Notes: generated by a model not told the origin, from the letters alone. 64,000 bases of DNA from Patescibacteria group bacterium (GCA_004299275.1 SCSU01000066.1:14277-78276); one strand, 5' to 3'. Positions 27,183-38,048 are shown, counted from the first letter of the stretch. Made by a program: numbers and translations.

Positions 27183-27723
27183 ACGGAGCCCCCTTGGCCT
27201 CGCCGGCGTAGCGTTTGGTTTGGAAGAGCACCTTTCCTCCGGCGTCGAGTATTCTGAGCTCGAGGCGCTGGCAGGCGAGCAGTCCCTCGAGCGTCTTGCC
27301 GGCTTCGGTGATCGCCGCGTCGATTGCCCGGAACTGCTCCTCCACCCGTTCTTTTTTCGGCGCGCGCTTCCCTGACAGCAGCAGCCGGAGGTCGGAGATT
27401 CTGTTCTCCGCCAGCTCGGCTGATTGCCGGTATACCTTCTCCTCGCGGCCGCACGGCCGCGACTTCGCCTCGTCTTTGTACTCGCGCGAGCGGGAGTACC
27501 CTTGCCCAAAGGCCGCGAGACGGAGCGTGGCGCTTTTGAGCTCCCTCGAGACGGGGAGGAGCGTTTCCTGCCCCGTATTGTCTTCTTCACCCTGCTCTTC
27601 CACGGCCGGCCCCGCTGCTGGCGGGGCGGCCGGGGGCGGAATCGCAGGCGGCGGCGCGGTGTTCTTGGCGCAGTGCGCGCAAGTCAGAGCAACCGCGGCG
27701 GCCAGTGTCAGCAGAAGTCGCAT
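27181..27723 (-). CDS. lipoprotein, hypothetical (Pro/Ala-rich linker)
   Basis: Signal peptide plus an LTCAHC lipobox-like segment. Confidence 0.5.
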   Translation of the reverse strand: MRLLLTLAAAVALTCAHCAKNTAPPPAIPPPAAPPAAGPAVEEQGEEDNTGQETLLPVSRELKSATLRLAAFGQGYSRSREYKDEAKSRPCGREEKVYRQSAELAENRISDLRLLLSGKRAPKKERVEEQFRAIDAAITEAGKTLEGLLACQRLELRILDAGGKVLFQTKRYAGEAKGAP

Positions 27724-27862
27724 TTCCTCTCCTCAGTGGCGCTCAGTCCAGAGTGCCGCCAAGAGAACCCTGCCTCCGCCTCTTTAAATGTCAACCCCCT
27801 TGACGCCTTTTTGGCCCTTCATTACACTAGCCATACTGCGGCTGTGGATAAAGGAGGTCTTA

Positions 27863-27922
27863 ATGCGTAATAACCAGCAAAATATGCGGCTTTCGCACGA
27901 ACTAACCCTAAGCGGTGCCTAA
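27863..27922 (+). other. 19-codon sORF with a perfect ribosome-binding site (aaggagg) in the rRNA leader region
   Basis: aaggaggtcttaATG...; encodes MRNNQQNMRLSHELTLSGA. Its 3' half sits in a 9-bp-stem hairpin (cgaactaac/gttagttcg). Confidence 0.25.
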
Positions 27923-29656
27923 CCTAACCGTTAGTTCGGTGCACGCCGCTTGGGAGCCCCCGAGCGGTTTTTCGTTTCTAAGAGCTTCCGCGTTTGGCGC
28001 ATTGTGTTGACGAGACGTTGTCTTTGGCCACTGACGCTAGTGGGTGTCCAAAGTTCAGCGGAACGTGGCGGGACTTTGACAATTTAATGACGAATAAAAA
28101 GGGTAATGAAAAATAGCTCCATAAGCGCGAAAAGGACGTTTTCGTGCTTCAGTGGAGTGAGAGCATACACTAAGGGCAAACGGTGGATGCCTCGACACAA
28201 GAAGCCGATGAAGGACGTAGCAGCCTGCGATAAGCCCCGGGGAAGTGGCAAGCAACTTTTGATCCGGGGATTTCCGAATGGGGAAACCCATCGTGCTGGA
28301 AGAGCACGGTATCGTGCGCTGAATCCATAGGCGTACGAAGGGCACCTGGCGAAGTGAAACATCTCAGTAGCCAGAGGAAGAGAGACAAAAAATGCTGACC
28401 CAACAGACAACCGACAACTTACAACGAACAACCGAAAGGTTGGGAGTTGTTCGTTGATCGTTGTCCGTTGCGTCAGCTGGATTCCCCTAGTAGTGGCGAG
28501 CGAACGGGGACCAGCCGAAACTCCAGGCGTGATTCACCGAACTGACCCCGACTTTACGTCGGGGCGCAGACGGCTGATGAAGGTGTAGGCCGCTGCGCCT
28601 GGAGGGTAACAGGATCGTGACGTCGGACGCCTACTCGTCCGGGTAGAGGAAACCGCAAGGACATGTCTTCCCAAGCAGAATCCGCTGGAAAGCGGAACCA
28701 GAGCGGGTGATAGTCCCGTACGCGAATGGGGACATAACTCTACTGTCGCGAACCCTCAGTACCGCGGGTCTCGTGAAAGCCTGCGGGAAAGCGCCGCGAC
28801 TATGCGGCAAGGCTAAATACTTCTTGTGATCGATAGTGAACCAGTACCGTGAGGGAAAGGTGAAAAGCAGCCCGGAAGGGCGATGAAACAGTATCTGAAA
28901 CCGTTTGCTTACAAGGAGTCAGAGCCGTGCGCAGCACGGCGACTATCAACTACCAACTATCAACAAAACAACGGTCAATAATTCTGTTGCCCGTTGTGTG
29001 TTGTAAGTTGTGTGTTGGTTGTTGCCGCGCTGTGCGCGGTGATGGCGTTCCTATTGAAGAATGAGCCAACGAGTTTGCCGTGCGTCGCTTAGGTTAAGTC
29101 CCTGAGGGGACGAAGCCGGAGCGAAAGCGAGTCTGAATAGGGCGTATGGACTTTAGAGGCGGAGTTGGAGCCGGCGCGCAAGCGTCAAACCTCCAACTTC
29201 TCACCTCTAATTTCCAAAGGTGGCGCACGCAAGACCCGAAACCCGGTGACCTAGCCATGACCAGGGTGAACTCCGCCGAAAGGCGGAGGGAGGCCCGAAC
29301 CCGTAAGCCGTGCAACACTTTGGGATGAGTCGTGGTTAGCGGAGAAATTCCAATCGAACTGGGTGATAGCTGGTTCTCCCCGAAATAGCTTGAGGGCTAG
29401 CGTCGGTTACACCTCGCGAGGGGTAGAGCACTGAAAGGAAAGCGGTGGAGCAATCCTACGCGTTCCTACCAAACTCCGAATACTCGCGGGGCATCCCGGC
29501 AGTCAGAGCATGGGGGCTAAGCTCCATCGCTCAAAAGGGAAACAGCCCAGATCGCAGTCTAAGGCCCCTAAATCTTCCCGACCTAAAGTCGGGACTCCGA
29601 CACCGCAAGGTCGTCGGAGCGGTTAAGTGTCAAAGGTTGTGGAGTAACTTAAACAA

Positions 29657-29687
<31 letters not shown>

Positions 29688-30780
29688 TAAAGAAAGCGTA
29701 ACAGCTCACTGGTCAAGTCGCTCTGCGCCGAAAATATACCGGGGCTAAAACCGAGTGCCGAAGACGCGACTCCGACGTAAGTCGGAGGGTAGGGGAGCAT
29801 TCTGTCCGCGCTGAAGCCGCGCCGTAAGACGCGGTGGAGCGAACAGAAGGGAGAATGTTGGCATAAGTAGCAAAAAGACGGGTGAGAACCCCGTCCGCCG
29901 TAAACCCAAGGTTTCCTGGGCAACGCAAATCGTCCCAGGGTTAGTCGGTCCTAAGGCGAGGCCAAGAGGCGTAGCCGATGGATGAGCAGGTTAATATTCC
30001 TGCACTACGGCCGTGTCAGGCGCGAGAGGACGCGTCGCAATATCTTCCGAGTTCGAAGGCTACACTTCCGGTGTCGCAAGCCGGCCGCGAGGCAAATCCC
30101 GCGGCGCAAAGCAAGCGATGCCGGCTAGTCTGCGAGTAATCGCGGGCAAGGGAAGAAAATGTGGCGCCTAGAAAAGTCTCGCGATAACGGCATGGCCGCA
30201 CCCGTACCGGAAACCGACACAGGTGGGTGGGCATAAGTGTGCCCAGGCGTACGAGAGAAACATCGTTCAGGAACTCGGCAATACAGCGGCCGTAACTTCG
30301 GGATAAGGCCTACCCCGACGTAAAGTCGGGGTCGCAGCGAAAGACGCTTAGCGACTGTTTACCAAAAACACAGGTCCCTGCGAAGTCGAAAGACAATGTA
30401 TAGGGGCTGATGCCTGGCCAGTGTCAGAACGTTACGGGGAGAGGTCATGGCCGACGCAAGTCGGCCGGCAGCCTTGAACCTAAGCGCTGATGAACGCCGG
30501 CGATAACTATAATCGTCCTAAGGTTCCCTGAATCACTGGCAAGTGGTTCCGGGTAGGACTGGGACGATTATCGAATGGTGAACAAGCAAGCTACCTTGCT
30601 CTGCAGCAATGCAGAGAAAAAGTCCGTTAATGGCTAAATACCTACGTTTCCGAAGAACTAGGTAGGGAAGTCCGATTTTTCGGACCCCGAGAGACCATAC
30701 GCCATGCTCCCGACATACCGTCGGGATGAAGACATGGTCCTTCGTTTAAGGAATCGGAGAGCGAAATTCCTTGTCGGGTG

Positions 30781-30811
<31 letters not shown>

Positions 30812-31050
30812 GAGCGACTGTCTTAACGATGTACTCGGCGAAATTGCAAGATGAGTGAAGATGCTCATTACCCGTGGTTAGACGAAAAGACCCCGTGAAG
30901 CTTTACTACAACTTGCTATTGGCTGCATGCTTCGCCTGTTCAGCGTAGGTGGGAGGTCCGACGAAAGTCGGACCAACAATGAGACACCACCCTTGCGCTG
31001 CGTGCAGTCTCATCTCCGGCCGTGATCCGGCTGGGGAGACAGTAGCTGGT

Positions 31051-31096
<46 letters not shown>

Positions 31097-31166
31097 TTTA
31101 CCAAGGTCGGCTTAGCTCCGATGGAAACGGAGCTGGACGTGCAAGCGCACAAGCCGGCTTTACTGC

Positions 31167-31198
<32 letters not shown>

Positions 31199-31268
31199 AA
31201 GCTAGTGATCCGACCGTTCGAAGTAGGACGGCGGAAGCTCATCGGATAAAAGCTACTCCGGGGATAAC

Positions 31269-32119
31269 CCCAAAAGGGTTGTTGTCCCGATCCGACGGTA
31301 ACGTCGGATCATGAAAACGGCTAATAACGGTGGAGTCCCGCCAGGCGGGATAATACCGTGGGAAGTTCTTCGTCTCATCATCATAATTATGATTGAACGC
31401 GAACGAAATATCGTGATTGGTTGCGTACTTGGCGACGGTTTTCTCCAATCGACCGGAAGACATAACGCGCGGCTGCGGCTCGAGCATTCCATCAAACAGA
31501 AGGAATATCTCGAGTGGAAGTGGCGCGAACTGGCGCGCTATATGCAAGATCGCCCCAAGCGCCTGGTTCGTTGGAATCCGGTTTGGAAAAAACGTTACGA
31601 GTATCTGCGATGCCAATCGCACAGTTCGCCGCAATTCGGCAAGCTTCGGGAATTATTCTATCGCGATCAGACGCGGCAGGTTCCCGATGAGATAGCCAAG
31701 TTGCTGCGCTCGCCGCTCTCGTTGGCGGTTTGGTTTATGGATGACGGATATTACTATACGCGAGATCGCGTAGCGTATATCTATCTTCCTAAACTATCCG
31801 CCGATGACATTCGGCGTTTGTGTCAAGCATTAAATGATGATTTTGATCTTCATCCGAAGGTCGAACGCAAGAAAACTGGGGCACTAAACCTCAAATTTTC
31901 TGCGGCAGAAACGAAAAAATTAATTAAGATAATCGCCCCGCATATAATCAAAAGTATGCGGTACAAAATCGGCGAAGAACCCCGTATCGACTGAGTCCTA
32001 TGGACGAGGTGGCGCAGAGGAGGGAATATCCGCGCCACAATATGCCGTACTCCTTGTCTGGCGAGACAAGGATGAAGATATAGTCAGTGCCCTTAGTAAT
32101 AAGGGAGTAAAACATGAAC
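31269..32119 (+). mobile_element. group I intron 1 in the 23S peptidyl-transferase region (after GGGGATAAC), carrying a LAGLIDADG ORF
   Basis: The exon sequence GATAAC|AGGCTGATC is split by ~850 nt. Confidence 0.75.
31311..31994 (+). CDS. LAGLIDADG homing endonuclease (intron-encoded)
   Basis: Two LAGLIDADG-type motifs, [11 protein letters not shown] and [10 protein letters not shown]. Confidence 0.85.
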   Translation: MKTANNGGVPPGGIIPWEVLRLIIIIMIERERNIVIGCVLGDGFLQSTGRHNARLRLEHSIKQKEYLEWKWRELARYMQDRPKRLVRWNPVWKKRYEYLRCQSHSSPQFGKLRELFYRDQTRQVPDEIAKLLRSPLSLAVWFMDDGYYYTRDRVAYIYLPKLSADDIRRLCQALNDDFDLHPKVERKKTGALNLKFSAAETKKLIKIIAPHIIKSMRYKIGEEPRID

Positions 32120-32200
32120 AGGCTGATCGGGTCCAAGAGTCCACATCGACGACCCGGTTTGGCACCTCGATGTCGGCCCGTCGCATCCTGGGGCTGGAGA

Positions 32201-32937
32201 AAACATACCTTCTCTCCTGCGAGGAAACTCGCGGGTAATAAACAAGCTCAAACGGTAGAGACCACACCATACGACCTTCCTGTTTCGGAGGTCCCAGGTC
32301 TGCTATAGTGCAGATGTATGACGGTTAATGCCGTAGGAAAGGAATGCGTTGAAGTCGATCGAGCATATCTTGCCGGTCTCATTGACGGTGATGGTGCCAT
32401 CATGGCTATCATCGAACCGCACAGTGAGAAGAAATTTCGTTTCCGTGTTCGGATCGAAGTAAAAGTGACTCAAAAGCATGAGGAAGACGTCTCGTTTTTG
32501 CCGAAACTTTTGGGTTGCGGATTGATTCGAACAAATAGGACAACGTATGAGTGGATTACACGAGACCAGCAACATGTCTTGCGTATCCTCTCAATGGTTC
32601 GTCCTTATACGAGAATGAAAAATCGGCAGATGGAAATAGCAATGAAGATCATCCGTACTCCGATACGGACTCAGGGTGATCTTTTGCGCGTTGCTCGATT
32701 GGCAGATGCATTGGCGCGTTTCAACGTGCGATCCAACAATCGCCGTAGGAACTATGCGACAATGATCGAAACGCATTTCTCCTCTAACGACTGATTGGTA
32801 AACGTTGGGTTTACCATGAGATATGCCCCGCCATGGCGGGGGTATCATACGGCTTGCACCTGTGTTGTGTCCGGTGACGGATATCAATATGGTGATGGAA
32901 TAGTCTGATACTCGCGGAAACGCGAGATAACAAAAAT
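32201..32937 (+). mobile_element. group I intron 2 in the 23S (after CCTGGGGCTGgag), carrying a LAGLIDADG ORF
   Basis: The exon sequence GGGGCTG..AGGTCCCAAGGGT is split by ~740 nt. Confidence 0.75.
32318..32794 (+). CDS. LAGLIDADG homing endonuclease (intron-encoded, single-motif type)
   Basis: YLAGLIDGDG motif. Confidence 0.85.
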   Translation: MTVNAVGKECVEVDRAYLAGLIDGDGAIMAIIEPHSEKKFRFRVRIEVKVTQKHEEDVSFLPKLLGCGLIRTNRTTYEWITRDQQHVLRILSMVRPYTRMKNRQMEIAMKIIRTPIRTQGDLLRVARLADALARFNVRSNNRRRNYATMIETHFSSND

Positions 32938-32965
32938 GAGGTCCCAAGGGTTTGGCTGTTCGCCA

Positions 32966-33288
<323 letters not shown>

Positions 33289-33630
33289 TCGGTCTCCTAT
33301 CTACCACGGGCGCAGAAACTTGCGGGGGCGCTCTCTCAGTACGAGAGGACCGGAGAGCACGAACCTCTTGTGTACCAGCTGTCCTGCCAAGGGCATCGCT
33401 GGGTAGCGAAGTTCGGAACGGATAAACGCTGAAAGCATCTAAGCGTGAAGCCGTCCCCAAGATTAGGTTTCATTACGAGACCCCAGAGAGATGATCTGGT
33501 TGATCGGCGGCAGGTGTAAGGCCCGCAAGGGTTTGAGCCGAGCCGTACGAATCGGTCCAGTGTGCTCCTCTAACCACTGAAGCACGAAGCCGTTCTTCAT
33601 TACCTATTTATTCGTCAATTTCAAAAGACA

Positions 33631-33662
33631 GAGATCCGATCTCCCATAGGAGATCGGATCTC
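33631..33662. repeat. GGAGATCC palindromic hairpin (GAGATCCGATCTCC-cata-GGAGATCGGATCTC) in the 23S-5S spacer
   Basis: Perfect 14-bp stem. Confidence 0.75.
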
Positions 33663-33687
33663 GATGTCGCTTTGGCCGCAGCATTCT

Positions 33688-33808
33688 CGGTGCCTCGAGC
33701 GAGGTGGTCACACCCGTTCCCATCCCGAACACGGCAGTTAAGCACCTCAGCGCCGATGGTACTTGGCGTAAACTAACGCCCGGGAGAGTAGGCCGGTGCC
33801 GAGTATAT
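33688..33808 (+). rRNA. rrf: 5S rRNA
   Basis: ggtggtcacacccgttcccatcccgaacacggcagttaagc...cccgggagagtaggccggtgccgag. Ends are approximate. Confidence 0.8.
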
Positions 33809-33902
33809 TGAGGCTAAAGTTGGCGCGGGGCAGGCACGGCAGCCCGCCTTCGCAAGCGCTACGGCGGACAAGCAGGCCCCGTACCAAAGCCGCCCAAACA
33901 AG

Positions 33903-34037
33903 GGCGGCTTTTGGTTCGGGGTTAAGCACCTCAGCGCCGACCTGCCCTGTACCGTCCGACGCGCGTCGGACTGGTACGGGGGTGGTACTTGGCGTAAACT
34001 AACGCCCGGGAGAGTAGGCCGGTGCCGAGTATATTGA
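33903..34037 (+). repeat. partial duplicate of the 5S 3' half, interrupted by a 38-nt near-perfect hairpin insertion
   Basis: ggttaagcacctcagcgccga[cctgccctgtaccgtccgacgcgcgtcggactggtacggg]ggtggtacttggcgtaaactaacgcccgggagagtaggccggtgccgagtat, plus the same 3' flank as the intact 5S. Confidence 0.75.
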
Positions 34038-34165
34038 GGCCAAAGCTGGCGCGGGGTAGACCGGCGCCGTGACCCTGAACTCTTTTTGGTTTTATAGTTG
34101 ACGCGGCGGAATAGATGCGATAGCGTTTCTTCACCAATAGTGTCGGGTCGGCGTAACGTTATTCT

Positions 34166-34837
34166 ATGGCCATTGACCGCGTCATCCTTGACCTCGACAA
34201 CACCCTTTTCCATACTTCCAATTTTAAGGTTGCCCTGCTCGGCGCGCTCAAACCGCTCGGGGTAACTGACGAGGCTTTCTGGGGAACATACCGCCATGCT
34301 CGGGATCCTCACCATGGAGCCTGCCAGTATCGTTTTAAAAATCATGTTGATTTAATCGCTCAACGCCAACCGCTTGACCAGGCCGCCGCGTTGAACGCCC
34401 TCGGAGAGGTGCTCGCGCGTTCCGAGGAATTTCTTTTTCGCGACAGCAAAGATTTCCTTTCCCGAATTATTTCCTTGGGAATCTCTTCAATCCTGCTTAC
34501 TCGCGGCGACCCTGAGTTTCAGCAGGCGAAGATTGCGGCGAGCGGCATAGACAAATTAGTGGAGCGCATCATCGTCACCGAAGAACCGAAAATTAATCGT
34601 ATTTCTGAATGTCTCGAGGGAGCGCGCGGTGCGGTTTACATGGTCGATGACCACCTGGACGCCACCTTGGAGATCGTCCGGCGTTACCCGAATATCGTGC
34701 CGATTTTAAAACGCCGCCCTGACCTGCCGCCGGAGCGTTACCTTGGCTCCCGGATTCTTAACTTCAAAACTTTGGAGGAAATCCGCGATTATTTAACTAT
34801 AGTCCAGGCGACCAACCCCCACTATGCCGGGGAGTGA
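34166..34837 (+). CDS. HAD-superfamily hydrolase
   Basis: DLDNTLF motif I and conserved later motifs. Confidence 0.75.
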   Translation: MAIDRVILDLDNTLFHTSNFKVALLGALKPLGVTDEAFWGTYRHARDPHHGACQYRFKNHVDLIAQRQPLDQAAALNALGEVLARSEEFLFRDSKDFLSRIISLGISSILLTRGDPEFQQAKIAASGIDKLVERIIVTEEPKINRISECLEGARGAVYMVDDHLDATLEIVRRYPNIVPILKRRPDLPPERYLGSRILNFKTLEEIRDYLTIVQATNPHYAGE

Positions 34838-35627
34838 AAACTCGACTGACGTCATTATTCTCGCCGCCGGCAAAGGCAAACGCATGCACCAGGCCTTCCC
34901 CGGTGTGCCCAAGGCGCTGGTGCCGCTCGCGGGCAAACCGATGCTCATCCGCGTGCTGGACGCCGTGGAGCGTTCCGGCGCGGCGCGGCGCGTGTTTGTA
35001 GTCGTTGGCCCGGCGGTGGAAGCAAAGGTGCGCGCCGCCCTCAAAGGACGCGAGATAACTTTTGTTCTCCAGGGCGAACCGAAGGGCACGGGCCATGCCG
35101 TGCTCTGCGCCCGGCCGCAAGTTTCGGATGACGCCGAGCACCTGCTCGTGCTCTACGGCGATCACCCGCTCTACTCCGCCGGAACGATTCGCCGCCTGGT
35201 TCGGCAACATATAAAAAGCAGCGCGCCGGTGACCATGCTTACCGTGCCGCTCGCCGATTTCAAAGACTGGCGGGCGTCATTTGCCGACTGGGGCCGCGTA
35301 ATCCGCAGCGCGGACGGCAAGTTCAAACAAGTGGTTGAAGCCAAGGATGCCACGGGTAAGCAGCTAGCGGTGACCGAGGTCAATCCGGCGCTCTATTGCT
35401 TTCGCGCCGACTGGCTTTGGCGGCATCTGCCGCAAGTTAAGTGCGAAAATGTTCATAGGGAATATTATCTGCCCGATGTCCTCGGTTTTGCGGTAAAAGA
35501 AGGGGAGATGGTGGAGACCGTTCCCGTGCCCGACGCCCGCGAGGCGATGGGCGCCAACACTCCCGAACAACTCTCGATGCTGGAGGAAATTTACGCCAGA
35601 GTCAAAGAGATTTGGGGAAAAGGGTAG
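34824..35627 (+). CDS. sugar-phosphate nucleotidyltransferase (GlmU N-terminal / NDP-sugar pyrophosphorylase-like)
   Basis: VIILAAGKGKRM...PKALVPLAGKPML signature. Confidence 0.75.
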   Translation: MPGSENSTDVIILAAGKGKRMHQAFPGVPKALVPLAGKPMLIRVLDAVERSGAARRVFVVVGPAVEAKVRAALKGREITFVLQGEPKGTGHAVLCARPQVSDDAEHLLVLYGDHPLYSAGTIRRLVRQHIKSSAPVTMLTVPLADFKDWRASFADWGRVIRSADGKFKQVVEAKDATGKQLAVTEVNPALYCFRADWLWRHLPQVKCENVHREYYLPDVLGFAVKEGEMVETVPVPDAREAMGANTPEQLSMLEEIYARVKEIWGKG

Positions 35628-35680
35628 CTACGCAGTCGAGTTCCGATTCCCTCCGGAGATCGGCTCTCGTGCGTTATTTT

Positions 35681-36667
35681 ATGGACTCCAAAAAAATCGT
35701 TACCATTGGCGGCGGAACGGGCAATTTTACCGTTCTCTCCGGACTTAAGGAATACAAGCATCAGCTTTCGGCCATAGTTTCCATGGCCGACGACGGCGGC
35801 TCAACCGGCGTGCTCCGGACCGAGCTCGGCGTCCTGCCGCCCGGCGACGTGCGGCAGTGCCTGGTCGCGCTCTCCCGCTCCTCGGCGCTCTTACGAGACC
35901 TCTTCACTTACCGTTTCGAGTCCGGCCGTTTCGAGGGCGCTAATCTCGGCAACCTTTTCCTCTCGGCGCTCCAAAAAATCACCGGCGATTTTGATACGGC
36001 CGTTCAGCGCACCGGCGAAGTACTTCGCATTCGCGGGAGCGTCATTCCGGTCACAACCGAAAACATCACTTTGGTGGCGACTCTCTCCGATGGCTTCGTC
36101 GTGCGCGGTCAGGCGGAGATTAACAATACCGTTCTTACTGCTGCTGTGTCCTTGACTCTTGACCCGATGCCGCGGGCTAATCCGCGCGCGCTCGCGGCCA
36201 TCGCCGAGGCGGACCTGGTCGTCATCGGGCCGGGGGACCTCTTCACCAGCATTATCCCCAATCTTCTCGTCCGAGGCGTGCCGGCAGCGCTCAGCTCCTC
36301 GTCGGCGCGGAAAGTTTATGTCGCCAACTTGGTCAATAAGCCGAATCACACAAAGGATTTCCATGTCGCCGACTATGCGCTGGTAATCGAAAAATATCTC
36401 GGCGCGCGCGCCTTTGATGCGGTCATCTACAACACCGAGCCGCCCTCAGCCGAGCTTTTGTCGCGCTACGCGCGGGAAGGGGAGAGGCCGGTCCGCTCTG
36501 ACGGCGAAGGGTTCGAGGGAGCGGCATATCGGGCAATCGGCGCGCCGCTCCTCTCCGAGAAAATTGTCGCCCCGCAGAACCCCCATGACCAGATTGAACG
36601 CACTCTTATCCGCCACGACTCGGTAAAATTGGCCAAAGTTTTGCTCGAGCAATTTCTCGACCGATAG
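35681..36667 (+). CDS. YvcK/CofD-like (UPF0052) gluconeogenesis factor family protein
   Basis: IVTIGGGTGNFTVLSGL...SMADDGGSTG...PGDVRQCLVAL. Confidence 0.85.
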   Translation: MDSKKIVTIGGGTGNFTVLSGLKEYKHQLSAIVSMADDGGSTGVLRTELGVLPPGDVRQCLVALSRSSALLRDLFTYRFESGRFEGANLGNLFLSALQKITGDFDTAVQRTGEVLRIRGSVIPVTTENITLVATLSDGFVVRGQAEINNTVLTAAVSLTLDPMPRANPRALAAIAEADLVVIGPGDLFTSIIPNLLVRGVPAALSSSSARKVYVANLVNKPNHTKDFHVADYALVIEKYLGARAFDAVIYNTEPPSAELLSRYAREGERPVRSDGEGFEGAAYRAIGAPLLSEKIVAPQNPHDQIERTLIRHDSVKLAKVLLEQFLDR

Positions 36668-36674
36668 GACTAAT

Positions 36675-37949
36675 ATGAAAACCATCCTTGACCTCCATAT
36701 CCACTCGCGTTTTTCGCGGGCCTGTTCCAAGGACCTCACCCTTCCGAATATCGCCCGGTGGTGCGAGCGGAAGGGGATTGACATTGTGGGCACTGGAGAT
36801 TTTACGCATCCGGTCTGGCTTTCGGAAATCAAAAACCAGCTCACCGAGAGCGAGCCGGGAATTTTTCGGCTCAGGATCGGAGATCCAATCTCCAGAACGG
36901 AGATTGGATCTCCAGCCCGTTTCATGCTCACGACCGAACTTTCCTCAATCTACAAACAGGGCGATAAGGTGCGTCGCGTGCACCATCTAATTTGCATGCC
37001 GACGATCGCGGCAGTAGAGCGTTTGGTCGCGGCGCTGGAAGCGCGCGGCTGTAACCTCAAGTCCGACGGCCGGCCGATTCTCGGCCTGAACTCCAAAGAA
37101 CTTCTACAGATAGTACTGGAAGCTGACAGCCGTTCGCTGCTCATCCCGGCGCACGCTTGGACGCCATGGTTCGCGATTTTCGGCTCGGAGTCCGGGTTTG
37201 ATTCCATTGAAGAATGTTTTGGTGACGAGTTAGCCAAGGAAATCCATGCCATCGAAACCGGACTTTCCTCGGACCCGCCGATGAATTGGCGACTGTCGGC
37301 GCTTGACCGCGTGATGCTCGTTTCCAATTCCGACGCGCACTCGCTCCGGAACCTCGGTCGCGAGGCGAATCAGCTGGACCTTGCCGAGCAGTCTTTTGAC
37401 GCTTTTTCCTCCATTTTGAAAAATCGGGACAGAACACGCTTTCTCCAAACGCTTGAATTTTTTCCCGAGGAGGGCAAGTATCACGCTGACGGCCATCGGC
37501 TCTGCGGCGCGCGCTTGACCCCGGCGGAGACTAAGCGGCAGGGCGGCAAGTGCCCGGTTTGTGGCAAGCCGGTCACGGTCGGCGTGCTCCATCGCGTGGA
37601 CGCGCTCGCCGACCGGCCGGAAGGGACGCGCTCGCCGAGCGCGGTGCCCTTTACCCATTTAGTACCGCTCGAAGAGGTCATTGCCGACACCCTCGGCAAA
37701 GGCAAGGGGACAAAAACCGTGAATGATTTGTATCTGAAGCTGACCGACATTGCGCCGGAGTTCTCGCTGCTCTTTGACTTTCCGCTTGCCGACCTCGCGG
37801 GAAGAGTTGCTGAACCGATTATTGAAGCGCTTCGTCGCTTGCGGGAGGGAAAGGTAAAAGTGCTCCCGGGCTACGACGGCGAGTATGGGACAATCAAAAT
37901 TTTTTCTGAAGAGGAACGACGCGGGCCGGCGCAGGGAAAATTAATTTAA
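36675..37949 (+). CDS. PHP-domain nuclease with a zinc ribbon, endonuclease Q-like
   Basis: LDLHIHSRFS PHP start, conserved His/Asp, and CPVCGKPVTVGVLHRV. Contains an in-frame 35-nt palindromic insertion at 36879-36913. Confidence 0.55.
   Translation: MKTILDLHIHSRFSRACSKDLTLPNIARWCERKGIDIVGTGDFTHPVWLSEIKNQLTESEPGIFRLRIGDPISRTEIGSPARFMLTTELSSIYKQGDKVRRVHHLICMPTIAAVERLVAALEARGCNLKSDGRPILGLNSKELLQIVLEADSRSLLIPAHAWTPWFAIFGSESGFDSIEECFGDELAKEIHAIETGLSSDPPMNWRLSALDRVMLVSNSDAHSLRNLGREANQLDLAEQSFDAFSSILKNRDRTRFLQTLEFFPEEGKYHADGHRLCGARLTPAETKRQGGKCPVCGKPVTVGVLHRVDALADRPEGTRSPSAVPFTHLVPLEEVIADTLGKGKGTKTVNDLYLKLTDIAPEFSLLFDFPLADLAGRVAEPIIEALRRLREGKVKVLPGYDGEYGTIKIFSEEERRGPAQGKLI
36879..36913. repeat. 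GGAGATCC palindromic hairpin inserted in-frame in a CDS (encodes ...GDPISRTEIGSPA...)
   Basis: GGAGATCCAATCTCC-agaac-GGAGATTGGATCTCC, a perfect 15-bp stem. Confidence 0.75.
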
Positions 37950-38000
37950 TACAAAACTTCCTCGCGATGCGGGGAAGTTTTGCGAAAGAACAAAGCGGGT

Positions 38001-38048
38001 TTAGCGCTTCTTCTTTTTTTTCATCGCCTTCTTTTTCTTCTTTGCCAT
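38001..38048 (-). other. 15-codon Lys-rich sORF (MAKKKKKAMKKKKKR) with a perfect ribosome-binding site
   Basis: ggaggtgaccgaaATGgcaaagaag...cgcTAA in - sense. Confidence 0.3.

Noticed and set aside
26571-27590. 339-aa Arg/Ser-rich ORF on the - strand
   Set aside because: It is antisense to, and spans, two better-supported convergent genes (PAS protein and lipoprotein). Its composition is typical of high-GC antisense frames.
28075-28110. Candidate 23S promoter (TTGACA at 28075)
   Set aside because: No acceptable -10 hexamer lies at 16-19-bp spacing, so it is not called as a feature.
28055-28431. ORFs of 96, 115, 74 and 77 aa at the 5' end of the 23S region
   Set aside because: They lie within conserved 23S rRNA sequence (GGATGCCTCGAC...GAAGGACGTAG). 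They are ORF-finder artefacts.
33773-34345. 190-aa ORF on the - strand
   Set aside because: It overlaps the 5S rRNA and its partial duplicate. It is low complexity with no coding signature.
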